NCBI GenBank assembly: GCA_951406725.2
Contig: OX597826.1
Coordinates: 38,130,001-38,194,000 of the forward strand
Source: Octopus vulgaris
Taxonomy: Eukaryota
Reading direction: 5' to 3'
Length of the DNA stretch: 64,000 bases
How positions within the stretch are numbered: the first letter of the stretch is position 1; each line of letters starts with the position of its first letter. A program made the position numbers and the translations under genes. Of this stretch, positions 1 to 13,245 are shown piece by piece. The notes beneath the pieces were generated by a model. The model made no database searches and was not told where the DNA came from. It saw only the letters and a list, made by a program, of their open reading frames with translations.

Positions 1-52
1 ACATTAGTATAGTTTCTTATTGTATGTATATGTATGTGTTAATGTATGTAAG

Positions 53-162
53 CGTACACGTGTCTGTGGAGTGCTCAACCACTTGCACATTAATTTCACG
101 AGCAACCTGTTCCGATGATCGTATCAGCTGGGACCCTCGTCGTCGTAACAGACGGAGTGCTC
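53..162 (+). mobile_element. 3' fragment of the tRNA-derived SINE also found at 16131-16515
   Basis: Close match to 16403-16511 (gtacacgtgtctgtggagtgctc...ccctcgtcgtcgtaac.gacggagtgc). Confidence 0.8.
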
Positions 163-866
163 CTCCTCTTATGTAATGTGTATGTATATATGTGTTTATG
201 TGTATGTACGTACGTGTGTATATATACGTGTATACATTCAGACTTAGGTCTCATAGCAGTACCTAAGAAATTACGAAGCCTTTTTGGAATCAAGACAATT
301 CCAGACATTCTTAAAGATGTGAATGAGTTCAGGGCTCACGTATGCAGGTGTGACTGTACATATCAGATATACGAAGGTTGGTTTTTCAATTCTACCAGTT
401 TTCACTAGAGCACTGGGTTACTTACCTACAGAAGTTTTAGGGTTATATAACCTCTTTAATACACAAGTGTAACTGATTGCTCTTTATGTATACAACTGTA
501 TGTATTATATACGCACGAACTGAAATAAAATCTGTTTGGAATCTTCTGGAAATCTTTACCACGAAGCAACTAGATTTTATCAAATATCGCAACATATGAA
601 CTTTTGTGGTTCAACGTTCTTTTTTACCCATTTATTTTGTTTTTCTTCTTTGTTTATTTGGGGGGGGGGTTTCTGTTGTTCTATTCATAGATTTGCATAT
701 GTAGCATCTTCTTCGATGCTTTAAAAGACGACTTAACTGTCGTCGAAAGGAAATATAAATTGAAGCTTATTTACCAAAATGGTGGTCTGTTACTTTTTGT
801 AAACATCCAATCCGTATATCATTAATCATTATCAACATCGGTCCCTCATTATTGCTAGCTAACTTA

Positions 867-1121
867 CAAGAAGTCTTGCAGTGGTTGTTTTAAGAATGAA
901 TTAATCTTCTCTAGAGACATTTCATTAAGAACAACTTTGAAGTGTTTATATTCTTCGCTTTGCTCATTCAGGACAAACTTACTATGGCGGCTGCTACGAG
1001 AGTCGCTGGCTGCGACGTTTAAAAGGTTGGCTTTCTGCAATCTGTCATAGTAACTGCTATTGGCTGAAGCTAGTCTTTTATCACACGTGATATCATAATT
1101 GCAGTTGGCCTTGGAAGACAT
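867..1121 (-). CDS. Possible coding exon of an unidentified gene continuing off the left edge
   Basis: 85-aa non-repetitive ORF starting at ATG just after a ...tacag| acceptor-like site and ending at a canonical TT|gtaagt donor. No domain recognised. Confidence 0.3.
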
Positions 1122-1286
1122 TGTTGCTGTACAGCTATTTGGGTATTATTTTCATTTTTAGGAATAAAATCCAGCCAACATGCTTCTTTCATACAACAAA
1201 TATTGTTTAACAGAGCTGTTAAGCTCTGAAATCATTCAACTCAGAATAAAGTCGGTTCCAGTATTATATATATATATATATGTATA

Positions 1287-1325
<39 letters not shown>

Positions 1326-2436
1326 CCAACAGAAGAAATTTTTTTTTTTTATTTAATTATTAGCATAATTATATTGATTGCTTAAGTTATTATTGAGTTC
1401 ATAATTCCAGGAAAAAAGTACTTAGCAAATTTTAATTCTTTCTAAATCTGCTAACGTTTCTGCTAGCTCGCCACCTTATAATTTTGAAATATTAAAAGTA
1501 TGATAACTCATTAATGTGCACTTTTCACGCTTGACGAGTTTCTGTGGTTGTTATTCATATTTTTCTCTACCATTGCGCAAAATTTCACGTGGTGGTCACA
1601 AAAACAAAAAACTAGAGCAATTTTAGATGTCTGCATCCCGGCCTACTACATCTTTAACAATGTTGACACTCTATTGATCGTCACCAATGTTTGCCGATAT
1701 AATATATTTCATGTCACCATGTCCATGAATATTGTTTGGACATGATTCGTTGTATGGTATATTCAAGTTGGAACAAGTGTCCAAGCAATTTTCTATAAAA
1801 AAAAATTTTCGTTGAATGTTATCCAGGAGAATAAAATAAACAATTATTTAACAAGAATGGTAGTAGTATCAAAGTTGGAGACTGCAGTCTTCTGAAAGTC
1901 GGTGGTTAGACTCATACACACAGATACACGCACCTGCATAGATGCATCGTATTCATACACACACACACACACACGTAGGTATGTGTATGTATGTTATTAT
2001 ATACACAGATCTTTATGTCTTCACTTATATATGAATACATATACATCTATATGGAGACGTCTCTGCGTCTGTATGTGTATCTATCAGAGGTGGAACTCCT
2101 GGGATATTGTTACATATTTCCAAAGCTTCGATTAGTGCGCTTCTCATTGAAATTCTTTAAATTTTTTCCGACAAACTTGATGCAGGGGCCGTTAGACACA
2201 TAACTATATACCCCCAATAATTACTGGTATGGATCTAAAGCTTCAATCCGGATCTGCAGATTTCTCAGTTCTGGTTCTTTAACTTAATCATTACACTTGG
2301 TTGCATCTTGCGGGGTTGGAAAACATTACGTCAATAAAAAGACGCACAGCGATTCTATTCCACTTTATAACCCCCAAAAAAATTTCAGGCCTTGTGCCTT
2401 TAGTAGAAAGAATTATTATTTTTTTTATTATGATTA

Positions 2437-2521
<85 letters not shown>

Positions 2522-2523
<2 letters not shown>

Positions 2524-2770
2524 TATGTTTGACTTTTGCTTTATGTCTGTATAAGTTGGCTCCAAGTCTCACCCAGAGACCTCAAGAGACAGCAGGTTGG
2601 AAGTTCTGTGCCATATATTTGGGGTTTTTTTTTTCTTTTTTTCTTTGGTGTTGTACTAGTGAATACATAAAAATAAAAAAATAAATAAAATTTTTTTTTT
2701 TTTTTAAAGTTTGTTTTAAACCTTGGGATTACATAGAGAGTATTTTGCGTAGGATATGAGCAGTTCCCAT
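2522..2770 (-). mobile_element. 5'-truncated R4/Dong-like (RLE) LINE: C-terminus MGTAHILRKILSM* plus 3'UTR, between (TAA)n arrays
   Basis: GTAHILRK.L terminal motif typical of RLE non-LTR elements. TAA arrays on both sides. Confidence 0.65.
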
Positions 2771-2805
2771 GTTATTATTATTATTATTATGATTATTATT
2801 ATTAA

Positions 2806-2889
<84 letters not shown>

Positions 2890-2919
2890 TATTATCATTA
2901 TTATCATTATCATTATTAC

Positions 2920-2950
<31 letters not shown>

Positions 2951-2951
2951 T

Positions 2952-3312
2952 ATTGTCTTTGCTGGAGATGTACTACGGTGCCAGCTGTTCACTACCAGTG
3001 AATTAAGGTAACACTCCTTAGTTTTTGAGTACCATCCAGAGTATTCGAGCGGTCCCAAGCAGGGATGTTTTCTGCAAGTGCTCCACCCTTATTGCAGCCC
3101 CTATTTGTTCCATGTACTTCTCAAGATTTTTACTCACTGTTCCCAGGGCTCCGACAACTATTGGTACTACTACCACCTTTTTCAGTGACCACAACTGCTT
3201 AACCACCCAAGCTAACCTGTCATATCTATCGACTTTTCTTTCTTCCTTATCACATACCTTGTCAGGTTGACGTGATATAGCTAAGATCCAGCATCGCTTG
3301 CTTTCTTTCTCA
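2952..3312 (-). mobile_element. 5'-truncated R4/Dong-like LINE, restriction-like endonuclease C-terminus
   Basis: KEERKVDRYDRLAWVVKQLWSLKKVVVVPIVVGALGTV...LQKTSLLGTARILWMVL, flanked by (TAA)n. Confidence 0.8.
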
Positions 3313-3354
<42 letters not shown>

Positions 3355-3355
3355 T

Positions 3356-3575
3356 AGGCGGTGAACTGGTAGAACTGTTTGCATGCCGGACAAAATGCTA
3401 AGGGGCATTTCGTCTGTTTTTATGCTCTGAGTTCAAATTCCGCCGAGGTTGGCTTTGCCTTTCATCCTTTCGGGATCGATAAAATAAGTACCATTTCAAC
3501 GCTGGAAGGTCAACGTAACTCGCTTATCTCTTCCTCTCAAAATTGCCGGCCTAGTGCCAAAATTAGAATGTACGA
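3356..3575 (+). mobile_element. SINE of the aggcggcgagctggcagaa family, diverged copy
   Basis: Homologous to 24305-24539 (tgagttcaaattccgccgaggt...gcctttcatcctttcggg.tcgataaa.taagtacca). Confidence 0.8.
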
Positions 3576-3718
3576 TTATTGTTAATCAACATGTTAACCA
3601 TCATCGTACCATCAAAATATTAATATCTAAAGGACAACTTATTTCTGTTAAAGTGCACGCTATCTTTCTTCGGCGTGTGAGTATGGTGTATGATATACGA
3701 CGCCAATATTTTCCACAA

Positions 3719-3763
<45 letters not shown>

Positions 3764-4023
3764 AGTACAGCTATAAATAATTTCAAAATTAACAATTAAA
3801 ATTGATTTTACAAACCACTTCGTTTAAATGAAATTACTGTTATAAGAAAAGTTTTCTGTTTTTATATATCAACTAACCATATCTGCGTTTGTGTGAGTTT
3901 TTGTTAATTAGTTTGAAGGTATGTGCTTGCATGTGCGTATATATCAGTAGAGATATGTGTAAGTGTGTATATGTGTGGCTGGGATTACATACATACATAT
4001 ATACATATAAATACATACATACA

Positions 4024-4057
<34 letters not shown>

Positions 4058-4329
4058 AATATATACATATATATGCACACATACATATACGCGTATATCA
4101 TAGTGCATGTATATATTTTATATATAAAAATGTGTGTATACATGTGTGTGCGTGTGCGTGTGGATTTATATTTACATATACATATCTGTAAATATCATAT
4201 ATATATATATTTATATATATGTGTGTGTATATATATATATAACATATAGACGTGTTTTTATGTGTTTCTCTGCGTGTGTGTGTGTGTGCGTGTTTGTGCA
4301 TGTATATTATGAGTGTGTGTGCGTGCGTT

Positions 4330-4423
<94 letters not shown>

Positions 4424-4694
4424 TGTCGGTTTCCTCTCTCCTCCTGTGCACTATTATCACTTGGTGAGCTTTAATGAATGGCGTACAATTTTCAATTATT
4501 TTCAAGTAGGTTGTGAAGTTATTGCTTGAAGAGAGGGGGGTAGAAAAGAGAGAGGTGGAGAGGGAAAGAAATATAAAGAGAGGGAGAGAAGAAAAGGAGG
4601 CAGGAAGGGGTGGGAAGAGAAAGTAAAATGAGAAAGTAGACTAATTATTTTCTTGCAGGGAATTAATTGACTACTTTAATAAAAGGTCTAAGTG

Positions 4695-4748
<54 letters not shown>

Positions 4749-5169
4749 TATATTGTTGTGTTACTTTTATGTAAAATATATCATGGACATTTTATCATCA
4801 TCATCATCATCATCATCATCGTCGTCGTCGTCATCGTCGTCGTCATCATCATCATCATCATCACCACCACATTCATCGTTACTATCATCAACGTCGACAA
4901 AATAAAAAAGAACAACAATACTGTGCGTTCAGAAACTGAAACTCTGCAGTTGAAACTTTAGCTCTTTTTGAAGAGAGAAAAGCACCGTCTGGTTGGCCGG
5001 GTGGCTGGGTAGCCGGGTAGCTGAGTGACTGGGTGTTATATGTATGGGTGTGTTGGTGGGTCAATAAATGAATGGGTAGTCGGTAGATGCATGGTTGCTC
5101 TCCTTCAATGCATTAAACGTTGTTCAACGTCAGCTGATTAGGTTAGCAAAGATCTATCTTTACTTGAAA

Positions 5170-5580
5170 CTTCATTTAGGAAGTCTTTCATTTCCTATAG
5201 ATCTTTGACCACAATATCCGGTCAATTAGCCTTAACTTCTTATCTGTCTGCATAAACATCACCTACAGTATAGTCGCTTTCTCATTTTCTCAGACCTTTT
5301 TCAAGTATCTTTCACTTTCAGCTTTGAACCATTCTTACCTGGAGTTATGGGTTATAATTGTTTATTTCTACACTCTCCAGGTTATCCTCATTTTATCATA
5401 ACATGCTGCAGTCCCATTTTTAGTTTAGGTTTTCAGCATTTTTTTCATAAATTTCTATTGTTACTTCTCCTCTCCCTCCACACAATTTCAGCCGCAATCT
5501 CATGCTTCTTTTGGCTTCCTTCAGGGCAGAAAACAGTATATTTACTGTTCGTGTTTTGAAGCTATTTCTGTAAATCTGTT
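5170..5580 (-). mobile_element. Degenerate R4/Dong-like LINE fragment (zinc-knuckle/RLE region)
   Basis: Frameshifted QTDKKL..N.PDIVVKD and CP......H..AA.IVW-like motifs on the minus strand. Confidence 0.5.
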
Positions 5581-5944
5581 ATGTATTATTATTATTATTA
5601 TCATCATCATCATCATCATCATCATCACCATCATTATCATCTTTCACGGATGGAACGGTTGAAATAGATAAGAAGGATAGTTTAGTTTAGAGCCAGGCAG
5701 CCAATTTCGTTTTATGTAGAATTAAATACATTAAAAACAATGAGTTCGAGGCGAAGAATTTCAATACGGAAAATTTTAAGACAAAATACCAGCTAGAAAC
5801 CATAAATCTTCAACTGAAATAGAAAATGATTTGACAAAAATATTCCGTTGGTTGCCTTTGCTTCTTTATTGACGCAGTTATTCCGTTACTCGAAGGTAAA
5901 GACTTTTCTCTCTTTCTTTTTCTTTTTTTTTTTTTCTCTTTTTT

Positions 5945-6265
5945 TTTTTTTGCTTTATTCCTAATATTTTTCCCAAGCTATCGTTACTTCCTGGAAGCGT
6001 TATCTTCTGAATTACGCAGATGGAAGGTTTACCAGGCAGATCTTCGATTTTCAGTTTGGAATCACACTTCACTGCCCCCAACACTCATATATTTACAGGA
6101 ACTTCTCTCGTCTCCATATTCCATGTCTTCTATATTTCTATTTCCATGTCTTTATATTTGCAGAGTTTTTCAAGTAGTTTTACCGAAATGTTATTTTCTG
6201 CTGGACAATCCACATCAATAAACGTACAAGACCTGCTTATAGAATGTCTTTGATTACAATATCGC
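5945..6265 (-). mobile_element. Degenerate R4/Dong-like LINE 3' end
   Basis: FIDVDCPAENNISVKLLEKLCKYKDMEIEI*KTWNMETREVPVNI*VLGAVK...IQKITLPGSNDSLGKILGI, with internal stops. Confidence 0.7.
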
Positions 6266-6539
6266 AATGGTTCACCGCTGTCTCCTTATCTCTGACAATC
6301 CACATACAATATATGTCTAAAGAGAAGAGAATTCTAGACACTATACGTGCTTAAGAGAAGAATTTACATATTATACTTGTGTAAGATACGAATCTACAAA
6401 TTACTTGTGTCTGAGAGAAGGTGGGTACATTTTGTTGGGTCTGAAGGAAGGGGCAGTACCAATAGCCTTCGCAGACAACATTCACCCATTAGCCTCGACA
6501 TCGGTTCCTATTGAACCTTTGCTGATCATCGCCTTTGGA

Positions 6540-6990
6540 AAGGACCTCAGCAAAAAGTGAGTTCCAGAAAGTCGATGTTCCAGGAAAGGACTGGAACTTA
6601 ACCGTAAGTGCGGGACCTGAGGAGGGAGTTAAATACCACGAGGGTGATGAGAGAAAATGAGGTAGCATTGATCCATCTAGCTCTTGAGAGCAGAAGCCAT
6701 GATAGCAGCGGTAGAAAAGTCACAGGAAGGAGACAAGATGCTTGTGGACCTGAGGCTGGAGTATACCTGTGAATGACTTTGTGACGATCAGACGGGTGAT
6801 CCTTTTATGATAAGTTCTAAGATGTCTATACGTGCAATAACAGCCCTTTCCCAAATGTGAGGGGGTGCAATATTTAATTGTGGAAATCACGTGAACCTTG
6901 TTGGGTATCGATAATTTCTGGAGGCTGACACATTTTCTAGTCCTTGAGAGAAAGGTCGGCCATTAGGATGTGGTTCTTGTGTTAAAGATG
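6540..6990 (-). mobile_element. Degenerate CR1/L2-group LINE 3' end
   Basis: Minus-strand remnants HIW..A, LFYRCYHGFCS.EL and PGTSTFWNSL. Confidence 0.55.
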
Positions 6991-7094
6991 TGCTTTCATC
7001 GAGAAAGATTATCGACGATTGTAAGACTTAACGTATCCTGAAATCGGTCTTTAATCGTCTTCATATCGATCTCTAAAACAAATCGACAATCTAA

Positions 7095-7500
7095 TATACG
7101 AAGTGAGTTCAAAAGCGAAGGGTTTGCGCATGCGGTGATTGTCGGCAACATTCGTTCCCAAAATGCTGACGGAGCAACATAAGCAATTCCGCATGGAAAT
7201 CACTCAGAAGATGTTGGACTGTGCAAACCACGATTCAGATTTCACTGAGGATGAGAAATGAGTTTATGATATCTGATTGATGCGTTCGGTTGTCTTGCAC
7301 GAAAACCAAAGTCCGACAAGCACGCACTCTACGTCTGTACTCCAGGCGTCACAACCGACGACTGACGTGGCTTACCGGCGCGAAAATATTCACGCATGCT
7401 CATGAACGTTGGTGTCACCTTCCATCCAAAGGATTTTGCTCACGCGAAATTAGTTTTGGCGGGAGAAAATAAAGTCGGCTTCCTTTTGATCGCTCTTAGT
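7095..7500 (+). mobile_element. Mariner/Tc1 transposon relic (internally deleted)
   Basis: LRMR*LSATFVPKMLTEQHKQFRMEITQKMLDCANHDSDF.TEDEK*VYD resembles the mariner WVP..L linker and first catalytic D region. Degenerate terminus near 7470-7500. Confidence 0.65.
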
Positions 7501-8592
7501 CTTTTATAATACTCTTCTCCAAATTTTCTCCAAAAGTTCTCAGAGGAACGAACAGCTTTTGGGGATGCTGGAGAACTCAGACACCGTTATCGAAATGACA
7601 GGATTAGTTCCAACGATGGTATTGCAGATTGGTTATGAGTGCTGAAATATATTTGATCTGTCGGCAACAAAGGTATTTCTCGCTTTCTTCTGGCTGTCAG
7701 ATTGTTTGAAACAGGAGTTAAAGTGGGATAATGTCCTGCATGGCAAGTCCATCAGACTCATTGTAAAATGGATACCAAAATGTTGATAATGATAATGATG
7801 ATGATGACGACGACGACAACAATGATGAGGATGATTGTGATGATGATGATGATGATGGTGGTGGTAGTGGGGACAGTGATAGTATTGGTGGTGATGATGG
7901 GGGATGATGATGTTTTTGAGGAGGAGGAGGTTGACTGTAGTGGTAGTTGTGGTAGTGGGCTGGAGGTGGTGATTGTGGTGATCACGAGCCTCATTATTAT
8001 CGTTATTATCATCACCATCATCATCACAGCCCTGACAACAGTCCCCTGCTCTCGTATGAATGTCCACTCCAGCCAATGACCAGAACAATCATGAGACCAG
8101 CAGTTACTCCGTTGTTTGTTTTAATGTCGTTATTTGATAAAATACATTGTTAAATCGGTAATGAGTCTGTGACATGTCAAATTAATTGAACTTGGGGCGA
8201 GAGGGGGTAGGGAGCGGTGGCGGTGGGAAAATAAATTAGTTGACTGATGAAGTGTCACGCTAATATAATTATTACTTGATGATAACGATGAGTTATTATT
8301 TGCTCATCAATAAATAATAACCATTTGATCTCGTCGGCTTGCTTATCAGACACCGAATTATTGATTAAATCAAATTAAAAACATTAAAACTTGTTCATTT
8401 AACCCCTTCAAGTTAATTGCTAACTCCATTGGAGGATTTCTCGGGCGTGCAGAAGAACATGTGTGTGTGTGTGTTTAGAAGTAGATGTGCTCAGCATGCG
8501 ACAAATTGCCTTATAAGTTTAAGGTTCAGGAAACGATGGCAATGTTACATTCCTGTAGAAAGAAAGAAACGAAACGAAACAAAGAAACAAAC

Positions 8593-8678
<86 letters not shown>

Positions 8679-9749
8679 TACTATTGTTGTTGCTATCATA
8701 AAACTTTGGCTCAGCTCCATGCAACTTACAGTTTCGTGGGCTCGTGGAACGAACATATCTCGTCAGATAACGAGAGAGAATAACAGGAGATAAAACAAAT
8801 TCAAATGGCTTCTAGGTGTTAGGCCTTTATTGAACAACTCAGTCACGTGGTGTTATTACTCTGCGAGTGACATCAGTTGTTTCCTTTATTCTTAAGCCCA
8901 GTTGCTCGCTCAGGATGTCACCCCTATGTGTGGTAGCAGTGGTATGGTTTAACAGCGACATCAGTTAGCTATATTTGTAGTTGTCGCGGGTTAGCGGAAA
9001 TTTAACACTTGAGCGTGGGAGTAACCAGACTTGGTGGGGCTCGATTAAAATTTGGTAGCACGAGATTTTTAAAAATTGAGGCTTGATGGTCATCTATATG
9101 GGTGTTACGGGTTAAATACTCTACACTTTTTATGAAGCAGCCAAGTGTGAGGTAGTGTGTGTGGATTATCGGCTGTCAGTAGCTTGAAGTTCATTAACAG
9201 AGAACGTCTCTGGCAGCAACAACAGGATTGTTCATTTTTCCTGTTGGCAGATACTCCAAGTTAGAGCTATGCGTAGTCTTTCGCGGAGACTAATAAATGG
9301 TACACCATTTGATGTCGTTCCGTAGGTCCACAGAGTCTCCAGATAAAACAGAACAGGGCGGTAGAGTTTTCTTTATGCCTGCACCTGAAGGTGTGCATAT
9401 ACTGATAAAGATTTCAATATGAGTCGAAACGAGCATACAACTCTCCTTTTACTGTCCATGTATTGATGTAATTTTTACACCCATCGTCATACAAAGTACT
9501 GGCTATTATATCTATACCTATGTTCTATACTATGTTAATGTAACCACGCACATGGTGTTGGTGATTTCTTTTCCTTCTTCGGATTTTTCCTTTTCTGCTT
9601 TCTGACAAAGAGCTATGCTCGAAACATCAAAAACTCTCTCTCTCTTTACTGAGCGTCAAACTAATACATTCCTGGTGCACGTCTTCTTGTTGTTTGTTAT
9701 TGTTAATTTTATTGTTCGTTTATTTCATTTTACCATATAAATATATACA

Positions 9750-9786
<37 letters not shown>

Positions 9787-9897
9787 ATACATACATACAT
9801 CGACAGTGAATCATAAATCTGATAAAGAAGCACACTCTAAGTTATAGAGCAGTAGAGTATATAAGATAAAGATAGATATGGCCGGTTTATGAGATTT

Positions 9898-10112
9898 CCT
9901 GGGGTTTCGCGTCCATAAAGCGCTTATTTTTACAGCATTTCTTCAGACCCTAAACCCGCTGGTCAATGGCCTCTCTAGAAAATGGAGTAGGAAAAGACGC
10001 CAGTATTCTTAATTTTCTAGAGAGGCCATTGCTAGAGGGGCCATAGGCCAACAGGTTTAGAGTCAGAGGAAATGCTGTAAAAATAAGCGCTTTATGGACG
10101 CGAAACCCCAGG
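9898..10112. repeat. Fold-back inverted repeat (about 85-bp imperfect arms) ending in GAAAC-CCCAG-GTA
   Basis: cctggggtttcgcgtccataaagcgcttatttttacagcatttc pairs with gaaatgctgtaaaaataagcgctttatggacgcgaaaccccagg. Inner arm caatggcctctctagaaaat pairs with attttctagagaggccattg. Confidence 0.9.
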
Positions 10113-10174
10113 TAACCTTGATCGCTAGGCACTATACTTTTTTCTATTTTCTCTCCCTGTTTATTTCTGTGTTC

Positions 10175-10210
10175 CTTTCTGTCGATGAGCATAGGCTCGA
10201 AACGTAAAAG
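10175..10210 (+). ncRNA. Minimal type-I hammerhead-like motif (variant core CUGUCGA)
   Basis: cttt-CTGTCGA-t-GAGC-atag-GCTC-GAAAC-GTA-aaag: stem I cttt/aaag, stem II GAGC/GCTC, palindromic ACGT stem III. Confidence 0.55.
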
Positions 10211-10252
10211 ATCTTCTCACTTCCTGAGCGTTAAACTAATACATCTGTTTCT

Positions 10253-10291
<39 letters not shown>

Positions 10292-10293
<2 letters not shown>

Positions 10294-10447
10294 GACGGGC
10301 TTCTTTCAGTTTCCGTCTACCAAATCCACTCACAAGACTTTGGCTGACCGTAGGCTATGGTAAAAGACACTTGCCCAAGGTGCCACGCAGTGGGACTGAA
10401 ACCGGAACCATGTGGTTGGGAAGCAAACTTCTTACCACACAGCCACG
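10292..10447 (-). mobile_element. SINE (ggcgcaggagtggctgtgtggtaag family), 5' half
   Basis: Reverse complement of the head at 15229-15395. Confidence 0.85.
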
Positions 10448-10449
10448 TA

Positions 10450-12155
10450 GTCTTTCAAGTGTTTTTGACTTTCTCTTCTGCACTCAACTAGATACTTGTT
10501 CTTCCCCTATCGATCTCCATCTTCTCAAAATTGTTCCGTTATGCAGTCTGTTTCTGACAGCATTGATAAGGCTCTCTTGTTTCATAATTCTGCGAATATA
10601 TTCGTCGTTGATGATTTTAATATTCACCATAAAGAATGGCTTGAGTTTTCTCATAGCACCAGTGCATCTGGCATTGAAGTATATAATTTTGTACTTTCTC
10701 AATCGCTCACACACCTCGTTGACTTTCCTACTCGCATTCCTGATCGCGTTGATCAATCTTCCTCCCTCTTTGATCTCTTTTTGGCATCAAATCCTGATAT
10801 CTGTAAGGTTTGTCATGATTCTCCACTCGGAGGATGTAATCATGTTGTTGTTTAAGTTGACGTTTCACCGAATTGTTCTGCTGCCAAGGAGTTCCCAATT
10901 CATCGTTCTCTATTCAACTATGATCGTGGGACAATTTTTGCGACTTTCTTCGTGACCTTGGACCGATATTTTTGCTAAGCCTGCTGAGGCTTGTGCAGGG
11001 GAAACTTGAATTTCTGCTGGTATTAACACCTTCATACCATCTCGCTGAAACCGCATTCCTTCATACCAGCTGAAACCGCATTCCTCACCCTGTTCTTCTT
11101 CTGCTTGTGCTGCTGCTATCACCCATCGTAATCATTTTATCCACCAATTTCAGCGAAATTATTCTGCAGTGAATAAACAGATTTTCACCAATGCTTACAA
11201 TCACTGTAGGAATGTCATTCATGATGTTAAATCAGACTACAAGCATCACATTCATGATCGTATATCATCCCAGAAAGCGGGCTCTCGTGACTTCTGGAGA
11301 ATTATCGGCTGCCAGTGGCTTGAAGTTCATTAACAGGGCACGTCTCTGGCAGCAACAATAGGATTGTTCATTCTTCCTGTTGACAAGTACTCCAAGTTAG
11401 AGCTATGCGTAGTCTTTCGCGGAGACTATCAAATGGTACACCATTTGATGTCGTTCCGTAGGTCCACAGAGTCTTCAAATAAAACAGAACAGTACATATC
11501 TAGAGAGACCAATGCTAGAGGAGCCATAGTGTTAGAGGTAACAATAACTCTTCTATTCCTCCTTTATTCAGCGGACCTGAGGTCCTGACAACATCTAATG
11601 ATAAAGCAGAGCTCTTTGCTCAACTGTTTAGTTCTCACTCTATTCTCAATGACTCTGGTCATCCACTTCCTGCTGGATTTTGTTTGTTTTTTTTTTCAAA
11701 ACTGATAAACTGTTACACAGTTGTCATATTACTTCTGCTAATGTTGCGGTCATTGTGGCGTGGTTAGATCCATGTAAAGTAACTGTACCTGATGGTATTC
11801 CCGTCATCGTTTTTCAGAAGTGCTCTTCTGAGTTGTCTTCTATCTTATCTAGGCTCTTCCAAAAGTGTATCTCAGAATCTTGTTTTCCTTCTTTATGGAA
11901 ATTCCCAGCTGTTGTTCCTGTCTTTAAGAACTGTGGTGATCGATCTATTTCTCATAGTTATAGACCATTTAGTCTACTACCAATCAACAGTAAGGTTTTT
12001 GAGTCCTTGATTAATGACTCGTGTAAAAATACCTTGACTCATATCGTTTATTCTTTACAGTACCAGTTTCTTTCCTTGCACCTCTGAACTTTGGAATTCT
12101 CTTCCTCAATCTTGTTTTCCTCTTCACCATGACCTCCAGTCTTTTAAGTCTAATT
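10450..12155 (+). mobile_element. Decayed CR1/L2-group LINE (APE endonuclease plus partial RT, internally deleted, interrupted at about 11301-11545)
   Basis: APE motifs (VDDFNIHH...LVDFPTRIPD...LFDLFL...NHVVV), RT N-terminal motifs (PDGIPVIV...CFPSLWK.A.VVPVFK..D......YRP.SLLP..SKVFE) and 3' LWNSLP. Confidence 0.85.
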
Positions 12156-13245
12156 GTACATCACCACTGGTAACGACCAAACAGCGAACAACCAGCAGTG
12201 AGACTGTTTTTAGATCTCCAAATGGGGTTCATGGCTGGCAATGCGCTAATGGTAAGCTAGTGATAGAAGCTTCGAAGCTGATTTAATTATTTATTATAAG
12301 ATTTCACGAAAATGGCGGGGAGGGGAATTACTCATGATTTTTTTTATGGGGGCACCGAGGCAGGCAAGAAAGAGGTATTTTTTTTATAGAAGAAATGAAC
12401 TCATTTAAATCGTTACCAGTATCTTACTAGTACTTGCATTATTAAAACTATGGGTTCTATGATACAAGTGTAACAAATGAATTTATTAAATCAAATACTA
12501 CAACTACATTTAAAGTTGTATCAGTGTTGCGTACAGGAAATCTATTATTGAATCTCGAAATAACAAGACGGAAACACGACGAAAATCTTGCTGCAGATAT
12601 GACGCGCAAATTTCAAGGGAAATAACTCTTACAAATATTTGTATGAGTTGTCTATCTATATTGGAAGAGTTTTCTCCCTTGATTATCTCTTTCTATTCTG
12701 CAAACTACAACACAACACTATCAGAGGAAACTTTATAACGGCTCATGAACTGAGTAGAAATAGCAGCCAAAATTTCCCTCAGGAAGCTATTAGTGTCTTC
12801 AATGAGAAAAAGGAGTCCAGACAAGACGAGAAATCCTGGATAGTCACAACTGATTTATCATTACTTGCAGCCACGTAGCCAGCCGATTGCAACTGGAGGT
12901 GCTATCTTGATAGCTGGGGGTGCTGTACAGGGGTACGGACAAATGCTCCTACTTAAAGTGTGAAAGTGGACAAAAGCCCCATGCTTATATTTTTCGGCTA
13001 TTTTTTTCGGTTTTTTTTGTTTGTTTTTTTCTCATTGACGCCTAACCTGATCAAAACTTCTGATATATTTCGTTTATATTTTCACTTTACTTGTTGCAAT
13101 CATTAAACTGTGGCCATGCTAGGGCATCACCTCGAAGAATTTTTAGTCGAATGTATCGACTCCAATATATTTTTAAATGATTTTCAAAAAGCACATAGTT
13201 AAGCCTGAAAGGTCTTTCTATATGCTAGAGATAACAGCCAAATCT

